From Methanotrichaceae archaeon (lineage in GTDB: Archaea > Halobacteriota > Methanosarcinia > Methanotrichales > Methanotrichaceae): a stretch of DNA of 64,000 bases. Positions 19,582 through 29,698 of the stretch are shown piece by piece. The translations under genes were made by a program, and so were the position numbers. Location: NCBI GenBank assembly GCA_963813075.1, contig CAWEXU010000030.1, forward strand, positions 288,001 to 352,000, written 5' to 3'. The notes beneath the pieces were generated by a model. That model worked only from the letters and a program-made list of their open reading frames with translations. It was not told the origin of the DNA and ran no database searches. Positions within the stretch are counted from its first letter, which is position 1, and each line of letters opens with the position of its first letter.

Positions 19582-20264
19582 ATGCCCCCAGAAGAAATTG
19601 CTCCAGGCATCTATATCCTGCATGAAAGGGATGCCAGACGGCTGGCGACGAGATCGTCCGATCCCGTGCCCGTCTACGGCGAACACATCCACCATGGCTA
19701 TCGCCTCTGGGACCCATACCGCTCGAAGCTCGCCGCCCTCATCCTGAAGGGTAAGGGACCAGGACCTCCCCTTGAAGAATGACTCCAGGGTCCTCTACCT
19801 GGGTGCAGCCACCGGAACCACCGTCAGCCATGTGGCGGATATAGTCTCCGAAGGCCTGGTCTATGCGGTGGAGTTCTCGCCCCGCTCCATGCGCGACCTG
19901 GTCCGGCTGTGCGAGAGGCGCAATAACATCATTCCCATCCTGGCAGATGCGGCAAAGCCAGAGGAGTATGCCCCACTCCTGGAGCCGGTGGACCTGGTCT
20001 ATCAGGACGTAGCCCAGAGAGATCAGGCCCGGATCGCGATGGACAACTGCAGCGAGGTACTTGCGAGATGAGGGCGAGCTATATCTCATGCTCAAGACCC
20101 GTTCTGTGGATACCACCGCCACACCCAGGGCGGTCCTGGATTCTGAGATAAAAAAAATAACAGGCTTCGAGCAGGTGGAGTTCATTGACCTCGTCCCCTA
20201 TCACCAGGACCATTGGGCAGTGCGGGCCAGACGGAATCAAGGCCGATCTGAAGAGGGCCATTGA
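19582..20264 (+). CDS. flpA: Fibrillarin-like rRNA/tRNA 2'-O-methyltransferase, +1 frameshifts near 19755 and 20054
   Basis: [53 protein letters not shown]. Confidence 0.9.
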
Positions 20265-20292
20265 TCCCGTCATTTCTGCATTTTGATTTGAT

Positions 20293-21066
20293 CTAACCGA
20301 TGATCTTGTGAATCTCATCGGATATTATATTGGGCAGCAGCCTGATGTAGCCTACCAGGGGAATCTTAACCCTGGCCACCCCTATCACCCACTCCTCTTT
20401 CACCGGGCTCAGATAGCTGATCCCATCTCCCACAATAGTTCCGTTCTGGGTCTGGTAAAGGAGAAGGCCAGTGTTCTTGTCTAAGAATACGTCATCTCCA
20501 ACCCGCATGAGCTCATCGCGATGCTCATCGAAGTACGACATATTGGCCATGCCCAGGGTCTGGCCGGCCATCTGGTCTATGATCTCATTATGGTCCCCTT
20601 TGGTGATATAGCCGGCGAAAGGTGCCGCGGGCCCCCCCTCCCACATCGGCTCATCCTTCTGGACATAATATAGAGCGCGATGGATTATGGGAATGGCCTT
20701 GCCCTGGCCGGGAGGCATTCCCAGGACCAACTTCAGCTGGTCGAAAAGGTTCAGGCTCTCCTTGCCATAAGGCCGGTAGAGGATGACGTCTCCGGGATTG
20801 TTGAACGCGGTGTAGTTTATCTTCTCCGCCTCGTCCCAGGGGATGACATCGGTGCGGCTCGCCCCCTGAACCAGGATGATATCTCCCACATTCAGATTGG
20901 GCACCATGCTCCCCGACTCCACTGCCACCATAGGGGTCCAGAGGCCTAAAGCAAGCTGGGAGAGGAGGGATATCGCTCCCACCACCACCGCCACGAATAT
21001 TATATCCTTGGCCAGCTCCGGAATAGGCAAACTGTCAAACCATTCTCCGATCTTCATCAGCCACAT
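20293..21066 (-). CDS. Signal peptidase I (S26, archaeal type)
   Basis: VESGSMVPNLNVGD, IIHRA, TKGDHN. Confidence 0.9.
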   Translation of the reverse strand: MWLMKIGEWFDSLPIPELAKDIIFVAVVVGAISLLSQLALGLWTPMVAVESGSMVPNLNVGDIILVQGASRTDVIPWDEAEKINYTAFNNPGDVILYRPYGKESLNLFDQLKLVLGMPPGQGKAIPIIHRALYYVQKDEPMWEGGPAAPFAGYITKGDHNEIIDQMAGQTLGMANMSYFDEHRDELMRVGDDVFLDKNTGLLLYQTQNGTIVGDGISYLSPVKEEWVIGVARVKIPLVGYIRLLPNIISDEIHKIIG

Positions 21067-21098
21067 TTATCAGTTGGTACATTCTTATACTCCTTTCG

Positions 21099-22742
21099 AT
21101 GCTGCGCATATCGCACAAATCGCTCCAGATCAGTCCAGCACAAGGCAGGGAGATAGTGCAGAGGTTTGCCGAGCAGGGCTACCAGCTGGAGCCGGAGGCT
21201 CTGGAGACGATAAGCCGCCACCAGGGTAGCCAGGAGGAGCTTTTGCGGCGCATCATAAGCAGCATAGATCGATCGATAGCGGTGATTGGAATGCAGCACA
21301 TCACGGACTTCATCCAGACCTCTCCGGAAAATGGTGCCTGCCACTCGAATTCGCCCTCCACCTCATTCACTTTACCTCCTCAGGCCAGACCATCTCCTAA
21401 GGCCAGACCGTCTCCTCATCCACCCCCTCCCTCATCCGTCGCCCAGATCACACCACTCATTCCCATCCCATACAAGTCATCCATCGCCGACCACTCCTCC
21501 GGGCCCTGTCTGCCAGATCATACCCCCCCTCCGGAGAGCTGTGCCCACCTGAGCTGCGACATAACCGGCAGGTCTACTTGTGTTGGCGATTACGATGATT
21601 TCGTCTGTTACTTCCGGGACAGATATTCAAAGATCAGAGAGATCCTTTCCCGCCGGATCAACTCCCGGCCGATAGAGTCTCTGGGTAAAAGCACATCGGG
21701 CAGGGAGGTCTCTATCATCGGCATGGTCCTGGATATCAGAAATACCTCCAAAGGCAACCGGGTGATAGAGCTGGAGGACCCCACCGGACTGGTGGTGGCG
21801 GTCATTCAAAAGGATAAAGAGGCGTATGACCAGTCAGGACAGATAATTCCCGATGAGGTCATCGGAGTCACGGGCACATCGGACGGCAATGGAAGGATCT
21901 TTGTCAAGTCCATCCTGTGGCCGGATATGCCAAACCAGACCGCCCCCCTGGAGAAAGGGAGCGGCCATGCCATCCTCATATCCGACCTCCATGTGGGAAG
22001 CAAGTACTTCATGAAAGAAGCCTGGCAAAGGTTCTCCGACTGGCTGAACGGAAAGGTGGATGACCCCTCCGGACTTGCCTCCCAGGTGGAATATCTGGTG
22101 ATTGCCGGGGACCTGGTGGACGGGATTGGAATCTATCCAGGCCAGCAGAACGACCTGGAGATAATGGACATATACGCCCAGTATGATGCGGCAGCACTGA
22201 TGATCAATGCCATAAGAAGCGATATTAAGATCATAATCTCTCCGGGCAACCACGATATTGTGCGCCAGGCGGAGCCCCAGCCCGCTCTGCCCCAGGAGGT
22301 GCAAAAACGCTTCCGACCGGATATGCTGTTTGTGGGCAATCCCGCCCAGGTGACATTGAGCGGTGTATCGGTGCTGATCTACCACGGCCGGAGCATAGAT
22401 GATCTCGTCTTACGTCTGCCTGGCGTTGGTTATGCTAATCCGGAGAAAGCGATGATCGAGATGCTGAGAAGAAGGCACCTCTCCCCCATCTACGGCAGCC
22501 GGGTCTCCATTGCACCGGAGCACGAGGATCATTATGTTATCTCCCGCCCCCCGGCAATACTGCATTGCGGGCACGTCCATACGGTGGGAATTGCCCGGTA
22601 CAAAGGAGTGGCAGTGATAAACAGCGGCACCTGGCAGTCCCAGACCGATTTTCAGAAGAAGATGAACATTCAGCCGATCTGTGCGGTGGCACCGATTGTC
22701 GACCTGGCCACATTAAAGGTTCGCAAACTGATCTTCGCATGA
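21099..22742 (+). CDS. polB: DNA polymerase D small subunit DP1
   Basis: FRDRY, OB fold (LEDPTG), ISDLHVGS, AGDLVDG, PGNHD, YHG, GHVH, NSGTWQ. Confidence 0.95.
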   Translation: MLRISHKSLQISPAQGREIVQRFAEQGYQLEPEALETISRHQGSQEELLRRIISSIDRSIAVIGMQHITDFIQTSPENGACHSNSPSTSFTLPPQARPSPKARPSPHPPPPSSVAQITPLIPIPYKSSIADHSSGPCLPDHTPPPESCAHLSCDITGRSTCVGDYDDFVCYFRDRYSKIREILSRRINSRPIESLGKSTSGREVSIIGMVLDIRNTSKGNRVIELEDPTGLVVAVIQKDKEAYDQSGQIIPDEVIGVTGTSDGNGRIFVKSILWPDMPNQTAPLEKGSGHAILISDLHVGSKYFMKEAWQRFSDWLNGKVDDPSGLASQVEYLVIAGDLVDGIGIYPGQQNDLEIMDIYAQYDAAALMINAIRSDIKIIISPGNHDIVRQAEPQPALPQEVQKRFRPDMLFVGNPAQVTLSGVSVLIYHGRSIDDLVLRLPGVGYANPEKAMIEMLRRRHLSPIYGSRVSIAPEHEDHYVISRPPAILHCGHVHTVGIARYKGVAVINSGTWQSQTDFQKKMNIQPICAVAPIVDLATLKVRKLIFA

Positions 22743-22979
22743 GCCAGGGGGTCATCAGTATAATTTTGTATAAACAGTTTATTCGATATCTAAGGGATGG
22801 CTCCGGACGCTTGATCGGCCCGGCCTGGAATCTGCAGGGCATATGATGCAATGTCTTGCCTCCAGGGGCATCATTCTGCCTTTGGCGATCGTTCGATGGC
22901 AATTAGTATCTCTTACCAAAAAAGATAAATATTATAGAGACTGACCATATTGATATCAAACATCGAAAGGGGTGAAACT

Positions 22980-23414
22980 ATTAGACAGAAGGGAGTTATT
23001 TTAGTGCTGGCCATAGCTATGCTCTCAGTGCCTGTGTTTGCACAGGGCATGGGAGGAGTTGGCAGCATAGATATTCTCGGAAAGAACGGCGGAATATTTG
23101 AGACCGAAGGATCGGCCTTCTTCTTCCCGGAGTATCAGGATACCAATGTGGACACGATGATTGTTGGAAATGACAAAGCACTGGCCTTTGGAGTGCCATG
23201 GCATAGGGCACCGGTAACATTGGCCACCAATAACCTGGAGATCATCAAGAACCAGGATACTGGAGAGTGCAACTGCTGCGATACCGGATCCATCTGCCAG
23301 GACTGCTGCATCAAGGTCAATATAGACCAGATCAAGGTCGGCGATAGAAACGCTCTGGCATTCGGATTCGCCTCCGCTACGAACAACGTTAAGGTGGTAG
23401 CCAACCAGCAGTGA
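22980..23414 (+). CDS. Secreted hypothetical protein with two internal repeats and a Cys cluster (start ATT 22980 or TTG 22950)
   Basis: Signal peptide RQKGVILVLAIAMLSVPVFA; repeats VDTMIVGNDKALAFG..ATNNLEIIKNQ and IDQIKVGDRNALAFG..ATNNVKVVANQ. Confidence 0.8.
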   Translation: MRQKGVILVLAIAMLSVPVFAQGMGGVGSIDILGKNGGIFETEGSAFFFPEYQDTNVDTMIVGNDKALAFGVPWHRAPVTLATNNLEIIKNQDTGECNCCDTGSICQDCCIKVNIDQIKVGDRNALAFGFASATNNVKVVANQQ

Positions 23415-23446
23415 TATCAAGCCAGTTGATTCAGACAGGATGAGAT

Positions 23447-24010
23447 ATGAAAACTTCAGGGAGACCCGCGGATATAATAAAAGCGGGTTTTCTATTAATT
23501 TTTCTCTTATCGGGCCCGGTCTGTGCCGGACAAAACCCGGACTGCCCGGTCGGGCCCATCAACTCCAGTGAGATAATAGGCCAGTTTCATCGCCCTTCAG
23601 GCGCTGCCTCTACCGATCCTGGCACTGACTTCTTTGATCTATTTAGCCAAAAGAGAGGGAGGGTGATGCAGGATAAGGCGACTTTGGCCGCAGAGCTGGA
23701 AAATCTTTCCGCAGCCTACAGCCAAAAGCACAGGGAGCTTTTGGGCAACCAATCACAGGGGAGCGGAAACAATTCAAGCAGCAACAATTCACATAGCATC
23801 AATCCGGTTAGCCACGGTCCCGCTCCGAGCGATCAGATCACGAATCCTGAGGGCAGGCTTCTAAACCGCCTGGACATAAATGTGCGGGGGATATCCGTCC
23901 GCGCCATCAACACCGTGGAAGGAGGAAGCGCCACTGCCACCTCCAACATAATCATCGAGCCGGTGCAGAGGATCGAAGTCTCTTCCCAGGCAAAAGATAA
24001 GCTGAGATGA
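23447..24010 (+). CDS. Secreted hypothetical protein with a related C-terminal motif
   Basis: Signal-like N-terminus; LDINVRGISVRAINTVEGGSATATSNIIIEPVQ. Confidence 0.7.
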   Translation: MKTSGRPADIIKAGFLLIFLLSGPVCAGQNPDCPVGPINSSEIIGQFHRPSGAASTDPGTDFFDLFSQKRGRVMQDKATLAAELENLSAAYSQKHRELLGNQSQGSGNNSSSNNSHSINPVSHGPAPSDQITNPEGRLLNRLDINVRGISVRAINTVEGGSATATSNIIIEPVQRIEVSSQAKDKLR

Positions 24011-24086
24011 ATAGAGCGCCCAATATTATGGAAGACGAGCTTCCAAGAAGACCCCATAATATTCCGACCAGCCAGGACGGACTGGA

Positions 24087-25376
24087 TCAGGCACTCTTCT
24101 GATCCTTATCCCACTCTTTTTCCATCGCCTCTTTTGCCAGCCTGATGGCGCACAGCTCCGAGCACATGGTGCAGGTGTCGGTCTCCACCCCTCGCCTGTG
24201 TCGTATCTGCTTTGCTTTTGCCGGATTTATCGCCGCCAAAAATTGGCCATTCCAGTCCAGAGCGGCTCGCGCCCTTGCCATCTGCAGATCCCAGGACCGG
24301 GCCCGCTCTCTAACCTCCGGCCGGGTAAGGTCGGCAGCATGGGCGGCGATGCGGGTGACATATGTCCCCTCGATCACATCCTCTCTATTGGGCAGGTCGA
24401 GGTGCTCAGAGGGGGTGGTAGCACAGAGGAAGTCCGCCCCTGCCATGCCGGCGATCACCCCACCCATGGCGGCGGTGATATGGTCGTATCCGGGAGCAAT
24501 GTCCGTCACCAGGGGTCCGAGTAGGTACAGGGGCGCTCCGCCGGTCAGGTGCTTCATCGCCTTCACGCTGGTCTCGATCTCGTCTGCGGGGACATGCCCC
24601 GGACCCTCCACCATGGCCTGCACCCCCGCCGCCCTCGCTCTTCTGACCAGCTCACCGAGCATGATGAACTCCATGTACTTGGCCCGGTCCGAGGCGTCAT
24701 CGATGCAGCCCGGCCGCAGGCCGTCGCCCAGGGAGAGGGTCAATTCGTACTCCCGCGCTATCTCCAGCAGGTAGTCGAACTCCTGGTAGTAGGGGTTCTC
24801 CTCACCCGTATCGGCGATGTACTTCATTGTCAGGGATCCGCCCCGGCTCACTACTCCCATCAAACGGGGATCCTGTCTGAGCCGCTCCAGGGATATCTTG
24901 TTCACCCCCACATGAACGGTGACAAAGTCCACTCCATCTCGGGCCTGCCGCACCAGGGAATCGAACATCCCCTGGCTGGTCAATTCCTTTTTAACGGCGG
25001 CCTGATAGATGGGAACTGTGCCCAGGGGCACCTTCACCGCGGCCAGGATCTTTTTGCGCACCAGGTCCAGGTCCCCTCCGGTGGACAGGTCCATCACCGC
25101 GTCCGCCCCCGCCTCCACCGCGGCCAGGGCCTTTTCCACCTCTGCCTCCGGGGAGTCGAGGTTCTGGGATGTGCCCAGGTTCACATTCACCTTAACGGTC
25201 AGCCCTTCCCCTATGCCCGCCGGATCCAGATCCTCGCGGCGAATGTTGCCGGGAATGACCACCCTGCCCGCGGCCACCAGCCGGGCCAGCTTTGCCGGAT
25301 CTATTCCCTCTTTCTTTGCCACCGATTCGATAATTTGGGGCACGCGCCCACTGCTTGCCTCTTCCATCAGGGTCAT
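24087..25376 (-). CDS. thiC: ThiC-family radical SAM enzyme (HMP-P synthase or Bza paralogue)
   Basis: [58 protein letters not shown]. Confidence 0.88.
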   Translation of the reverse strand: MTLMEEASSGRVPQIIESVAKKEGIDPAKLARLVAAGRVVIPGNIRREDLDPAGIGEGLTVKVNVNLGTSQNLDSPEAEVEKALAAVEAGADAVMDLSTGGDLDLVRKKILAAVKVPLGTVPIYQAAVKKELTSQGMFDSLVRQARDGVDFVTVHVGVNKISLERLRQDPRLMGVVSRGGSLTMKYIADTGEENPYYQEFDYLLEIAREYELTLSLGDGLRPGCIDDASDRAKYMEFIMLGELVRRARAAGVQAMVEGPGHVPADEIETSVKAMKHLTGGAPLYLLGPLVTDIAPGYDHITAAMGGVIAGMAGADFLCATTPSEHLDLPNREDVIEGTYVTRIAAHAADLTRPEVRERARSWDLQMARARAALDWNGQFLAAINPAKAKQIRHRRGVETDTCTMCSELCAIRLAKEAMEKEWDKDQKSA

Positions 25377-25429
25377 TGTTACCAACTAATATATTGTAGG
25401 AGCAACTTTTTTGCTTGAGGTGTTTATCA

Positions 25430-26068
25430 ATGGTTGAAGTGCATAAGGTTAGCGGTGCCGCCTTCGATGGCAATGTCTACCTGGTCATGGACAAGAGACC
25501 CATTCTGGTGGACGCGGGCATGATGGCCGGGCCGACCTTAAAGAACATCAAAAAATTCATCGATCCAGCCAAGATCGAGCGGATCGTCCTCACTCATTGC
25601 CATCACGATCATTCCGGTGCCGCTCTTTCCCTGAAGGAGGCGACGGGAGCGCGACTGATGCTGAGCGAAAAGGAGGTGGGCTGCGTGGGCGATGAGCTGG
25701 CGTCGGTGGCATACCTATTCGGCCAGCAGGCTCCCGAGTACAAAGTGGACGAGACTCTGAAAGAGGGGATGGTCCTGGATATAGGGGAATGGCAGCTGGA
25801 GGTCATGGAGACCCCAGGGCACTCCCCAGGGAGCCTTTGCCTTTATGAGAGGACGGAAAAGGTGCTCTTCTCCGGGGATACCGTATTTCCGGACGGGAAC
25901 ATCGGCCGGACGGACATGTTCGGCGGAAGCACTGAGGAATTGGTCAGCTCCATCGAGAGGCTGACCGAGCTGGATGTCAAGATTATGTATCCAGGCCATA
26001 TGGATATAACCAGCCAGGATGTCAATCGCCAGATTCAAATGAGCCTGAGGTTTGCCAAGAGCATCTAG
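25430..26068 (+). CDS. MBL-fold metallo-hydrolase
   Basis: THCHHDHSG, TPGHSPG, FSGD, PGH. Confidence 0.92.
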   Translation: MVEVHKVSGAAFDGNVYLVMDKRPILVDAGMMAGPTLKNIKKFIDPAKIERIVLTHCHHDHSGAALSLKEATGARLMLSEKEVGCVGDELASVAYLFGQQAPEYKVDETLKEGMVLDIGEWQLEVMETPGHSPGSLCLYERTEKVLFSGDTVFPDGNIGRTDMFGGSTEELVSSIERLTELDVKIMYPGHMDITSQDVNRQIQMSLRFAKSI

Positions 26069-26087
26069 CGGGATGGGAATCGATCTT

Positions 26088-27236
26088 ATGACGGACAAGA
26101 ACGACATTGTGAAAAGGGAATCCGAATCCATATTCCAGACCTACGGCCGCCAGGATGTACTCCTTGTCAAAGGAAGCGGTGCCCGTGTTTGGGACAGCGA
26201 GGGCCGGGAGTATCTGGACTTCGTCGCCGGCATAGCGGTGAACAGCATCGGCCACTGCCATCCACGGATGGTGGAAGCGGTCAGCCGTCAGGCTGCCGCT
26301 CTCATTCATACCTCCAACCTCTACTACACCGAAAACCAGGTACTCCTGGCGGAAGAGCTGAAAAGGCTCACCGGCATGGACCGGGCATACTTTTGCAACT
26401 CCGGGGCGGAGAGCATAGAGGCGGCGCTCAAGCTCGTCCGCCGGGCTACAGGCAGGGCGAAGATCGTGGCGGCAGAGAGGGCCTTTCACGGCCGCACCCT
26501 GGGGGCCCTGGGCCTCACCTATAAGGCTGCTTATAGAGAGCCGTTCCGTCCTCTGCGGGAGGCCCAGTTCGTCCCCTATAGCGACAGCGAGGCTCTGAAA
26601 GCGGCAGTCAGTTCCGAGACAGGAGCGGTGATCTTAGAGCCGGTGCAGGGCGAGGCAGGGGTCTATGTGCCGGACGAAGATTATCTGGAGACGGCGCGGG
26701 ACATATGCGATGACCGGGGAGCCCTACTCATCCTGGATGAGGTGCAGACCGGATTCGGCCGGACCGGCAGGTGGTTTGCCAGGGAGCACTCCGGAGTAGT
26801 CCCCGATATCATCTGCCTGGCCAAGGCCATGGCCGGAGGACTGCCCATAGGAGCGATGCTCGCCCGAGGAAAGATCGCGGAGGCCTTCCAGAAAGGAGAC
26901 CACGGCTCGACCTTCGCCGGCGGACCTCTGATCTGCGCTGCCGCCCTGGCCACAATCGAGGTCATAAAAGAGGAGAAGCTGGTGCAGAGGTCAGAGGAGC
27001 TGGGGGCATATCTGAAGTCCGAGATTGAGAAGCTCAAGCCTCTGGAGGCCCGCGGACTGGGGCTGATGGTTGGCCTGGACCTGGATTGCGACTGCAAATC
27101 CCTGGTGGAGAAGGCCTTGCACAAGGGAGTGCTGATCAACAACACCGGAGAGCATACCCTGCGCCTCATCCCCCCACTGGTAGTGACCAAAGAGGAGATC
27201 GACAGAGTGGTGGAGGTCATCGGTGAGCTCCTCTAG
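26088..27236 (+). CDS. argD: Acetylornithine aminotransferase
   Basis: AGIAVNSIGH, NSGAES, FHGRT, EPVQGEAG, DEVQTG, LAKAMAGG, HGSTFAG. Confidence 0.92.
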   Translation: MTDKNDIVKRESESIFQTYGRQDVLLVKGSGARVWDSEGREYLDFVAGIAVNSIGHCHPRMVEAVSRQAAALIHTSNLYYTENQVLLAEELKRLTGMDRAYFCNSGAESIEAALKLVRRATGRAKIVAAERAFHGRTLGALGLTYKAAYREPFRPLREAQFVPYSDSEALKAAVSSETGAVILEPVQGEAGVYVPDEDYLETARDICDDRGALLILDEVQTGFGRTGRWFAREHSGVVPDIICLAKAMAGGLPIGAMLARGKIAEAFQKGDHGSTFAGGPLICAAALATIEVIKEEKLVQRSEELGAYLKSEIEKLKPLEARGLGLMVGLDLDCDCKSLVEKALHKGVLINNTGEHTLRLIPPLVVTKEEIDRVVEVIGELL

Positions 27237-28278
27237 GCAAAGGACCAGGGAGAGCCTGAAGAGGCTGCGCCCCTATGTGGCCGGCAAGGGCTTTGTTGAG
27301 ATCTCCCGCCGCTATGGCCTGGACCCGGCGGAGATAGTTAAGCTGGGAAGCAATGAGAACCCTTACGGCCCCAGCCCCAGGGTGAAGGAGGCCCTGCAGG
27401 ATATCTCCCCGGAGAGGTATCCAGAGCCCGAAGAGCTCTTGGCGAGCCTGGCCAGATACACCGGCTTTCCCGAGGAGATGATAGTGATAGGAGCGGGAAT
27501 GGACGGGGTGATGGACACCTTAACCCGCCTTTTTCTGGAGAAGGGCGACCGAACGTTCATTCCCACCCCCACCTTCAGCTACTATGAGATCCTGACCGTC
27601 CTGGCGGACGCTGAGCCCCTATTCTCCCCTCGAGGGCCGGACTTCCAGATTGAGGAGACGGTTCCAAAGGACGTGAAGATGGCCTTTCTCTGCTCGCCCA
27701 ACAATCCCACCGGGAACGTCCTGAAGGAGGATGAGCTGTGCCGTCTGCTGGAGACCACGGAGGCCATCGTATTTTTGGATGAGGCCTATGTGGAGTTCGC
27801 CGATCGGAGCCTGGCGGAGCTGGTGAATAGATACGAGAACCTGGTGGTGGGCAGAACCCTGTCCAAGGCCTTCGGCCTGGCGGGGATGCGTCTGGGATAT
27901 GCTCTGATGCCCCAGTGGATGGCAGAAGAGTACCGCCGGGCGGCTCCGCCCTTCTTTGCCATCTCCTGCGCCTCGGTGGCTGCCGGGGTGGCGGCACTCA
28001 GGGATCTGGATTATATGAACGAATCAGTGAAGAAAATCAGAATGGAGCGCGGGCGTCTGCAAAAAGAGATCAACTCCTATCCCTCCCAGGGCAATTTCCT
28101 CTACCTGAAAACCGAGGAGCCCTCGGACTCATTTGCCGAGAGGTTCCTGAAAAAGGGAGTCATCATTCGCGACTGCCGCTCCTTCCGGGGAGCAGGAGAG
28201 CATCACGTCCGGGTGACCGTAGGAACCCCAGCGGAGAACGAGCGCTTCCTGGCCGCCTTCAGGGAGATCAGGCAGTGA
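27223..28278 (+). CDS. hisC: Histidinol-phosphate aminotransferase
   Basis: KLGSNENP, SPNNPTG, DEAY, RTLSKAFGLAGMRLGY. Confidence 0.93.
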   Translation: MSSSRQRTRESLKRLRPYVAGKGFVEISRRYGLDPAEIVKLGSNENPYGPSPRVKEALQDISPERYPEPEELLASLARYTGFPEEMIVIGAGMDGVMDTLTRLFLEKGDRTFIPTPTFSYYEILTVLADAEPLFSPRGPDFQIEETVPKDVKMAFLCSPNNPTGNVLKEDELCRLLETTEAIVFLDEAYVEFADRSLAELVNRYENLVVGRTLSKAFGLAGMRLGYALMPQWMAEEYRRAAPPFFAISCASVAAGVAALRDLDYMNESVKKIRMERGRLQKEINSYPSQGNFLYLKTEEPSDSFAERFLKKGVIIRDCRSFRGAGEHHVRVTVGTPAENERFLAAFREIRQ

Positions 28279-28279
28279 T

Positions 28280-28792
28280 ATGCAGATCGCCCTGACCGGC
28301 ACTCCGGGGACGGGCAAGACCACCGTTGCCCGATTTTTGCCTTACCGGGTGATAGACATCAACGCCCTAGTTAGGGAGGGGCTGAACTTCGGCACCGATC
28401 CGGTGAGGGGCTGCCTGGAGGCGGACATGGATGGACTGGCCGAGCGCCTGGCGGAGATGGAGACGGAGGAGATCTCCATCCTGGAGGGGCATTTCTCCCA
28501 TCACTTCGCCAACTGGTCGATAGTCCTCCGCCTTTCACCCCAGGAGCTGGAGACCCGATTGAAAGGGCGGGGCTACTCGCCGGAGAAGATCAGGGAAAAC
28601 CTGGAAGCGGAAGCCTTGGATGTGATCCTGGTCGAGGCGGTGGAGTACTGCTCTCGGGTGGACGAGATCGATACCACCGGACGGAGTCCCCAGGAGGTGG
28701 CCGATCTGGTGGCAAAAATAATAGAGGGAAAGCGGGCTATGCCCCCCGGCCAGGTGGACTGGATGAGCGAATTTTTTGAATTGAGAGTATGA
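28280..28792 (+). CDS. Archaeal AK6/Fap7-type nucleotide kinase
   Basis: TGTPGTGKTT, EGHFSH, RGYSPEKIRENLEAE. Confidence 0.9.
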   Translation: MQIALTGTPGTGKTTVARFLPYRVIDINALVREGLNFGTDPVRGCLEADMDGLAERLAEMETEEISILEGHFSHHFANWSIVLRLSPQELETRLKGRGYSPEKIRENLEAEALDVILVEAVEYCSRVDEIDTTGRSPQEVADLVAKIIEGKRAMPPGQVDWMSEFFELRV

Positions 28793-28832
28793 AATCTTTT
28801 TGATTCGCCCAAGAATGCCAAAAAAGAAGTTT

Positions 28833-29685
28833 TCAGGACTTGAGCGCCTTCGCAATTATCGGCGCTACAGAGACGGTGCTCACTCCCTTGTCCAGGGTGT
28901 CCGTGGCAAAAATGCCCTCCACCCCGGAGCGGTAGAGCTTGAGGACCGCCGAGCCGGTGAGGACGGGGTGCACTGCCGCCAGATAGACCCGGGCTGCCCC
29001 CTGGGCGCGCAGCATCTCTATGGCTGTGGCCATGGTGCCGCCGGTGGCGATCATATCATCGAATATCACCACGTCCCTGCTCCCGGACATCGATCTCTTT
29101 GGGGGCCATAGAGACCTCGGTACCGGAGAGGCGGGTCTTCTGCAGGTAGTCGCTATCCGCCTTCAAGCAGGCGGCCGCAGTCCTGGCCATCGCCATTGCT
29201 CCCTTATCCGGGGATATGACCACCGGGTCCTTCAGCCCTAAGGAGGCCACCTTCTCCGCTAAAAGGGGCGTGGCATCCAGGTTGTCTGCCGGGCAGCTGA
29301 AATGCTCCATAATGGATGGGGCATGGATGTTGACCAGATGGACCCGGCCCTTTTTCAAGAAGGGATTCAGAGCTCTGGCCACCGCCCTGGCGGTCATGGG
29401 CTCGCCCGGCTTGAAGATCTTATCCTGGCGGGCATAGCCGAAGTAGGGTATGACCAGATCGATGCTGCTCTCCTGGCAGACATCCAATAGCTGCAACAGA
29501 TAGACCAGATCCTGATCGGTAGGGGTGGACTGGATTATTGCCACCTTATCGTCCAGCGGGGCAGTCACCTGGGTATATGACTCCCCATCGGGAAAGGTCT
29601 TGTAGTCGCATAGCGCTAGCGTTTCACCCAAAATCGCCGCCACCCTGCCCGCCAAAAGCTGGGAGGCCGGACCTCCTATGATCAA
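28833..29685 (-). CDS. prs: Ribose-phosphate pyrophosphokinase, +1 frameshift near 29081
   Basis: FPDGE, PYFGYARQD, SPDKGA; then DDMIATGGT and VHPVL in the next frame. Confidence 0.92.
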
Positions 29686-29698
29686 TCTCTATCCTCCT

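Noticed and set aside
21340..21540. C-rich low-complexity tract
   Set aside because: Encodes the Pro/Ser-rich variable linker of DP1.
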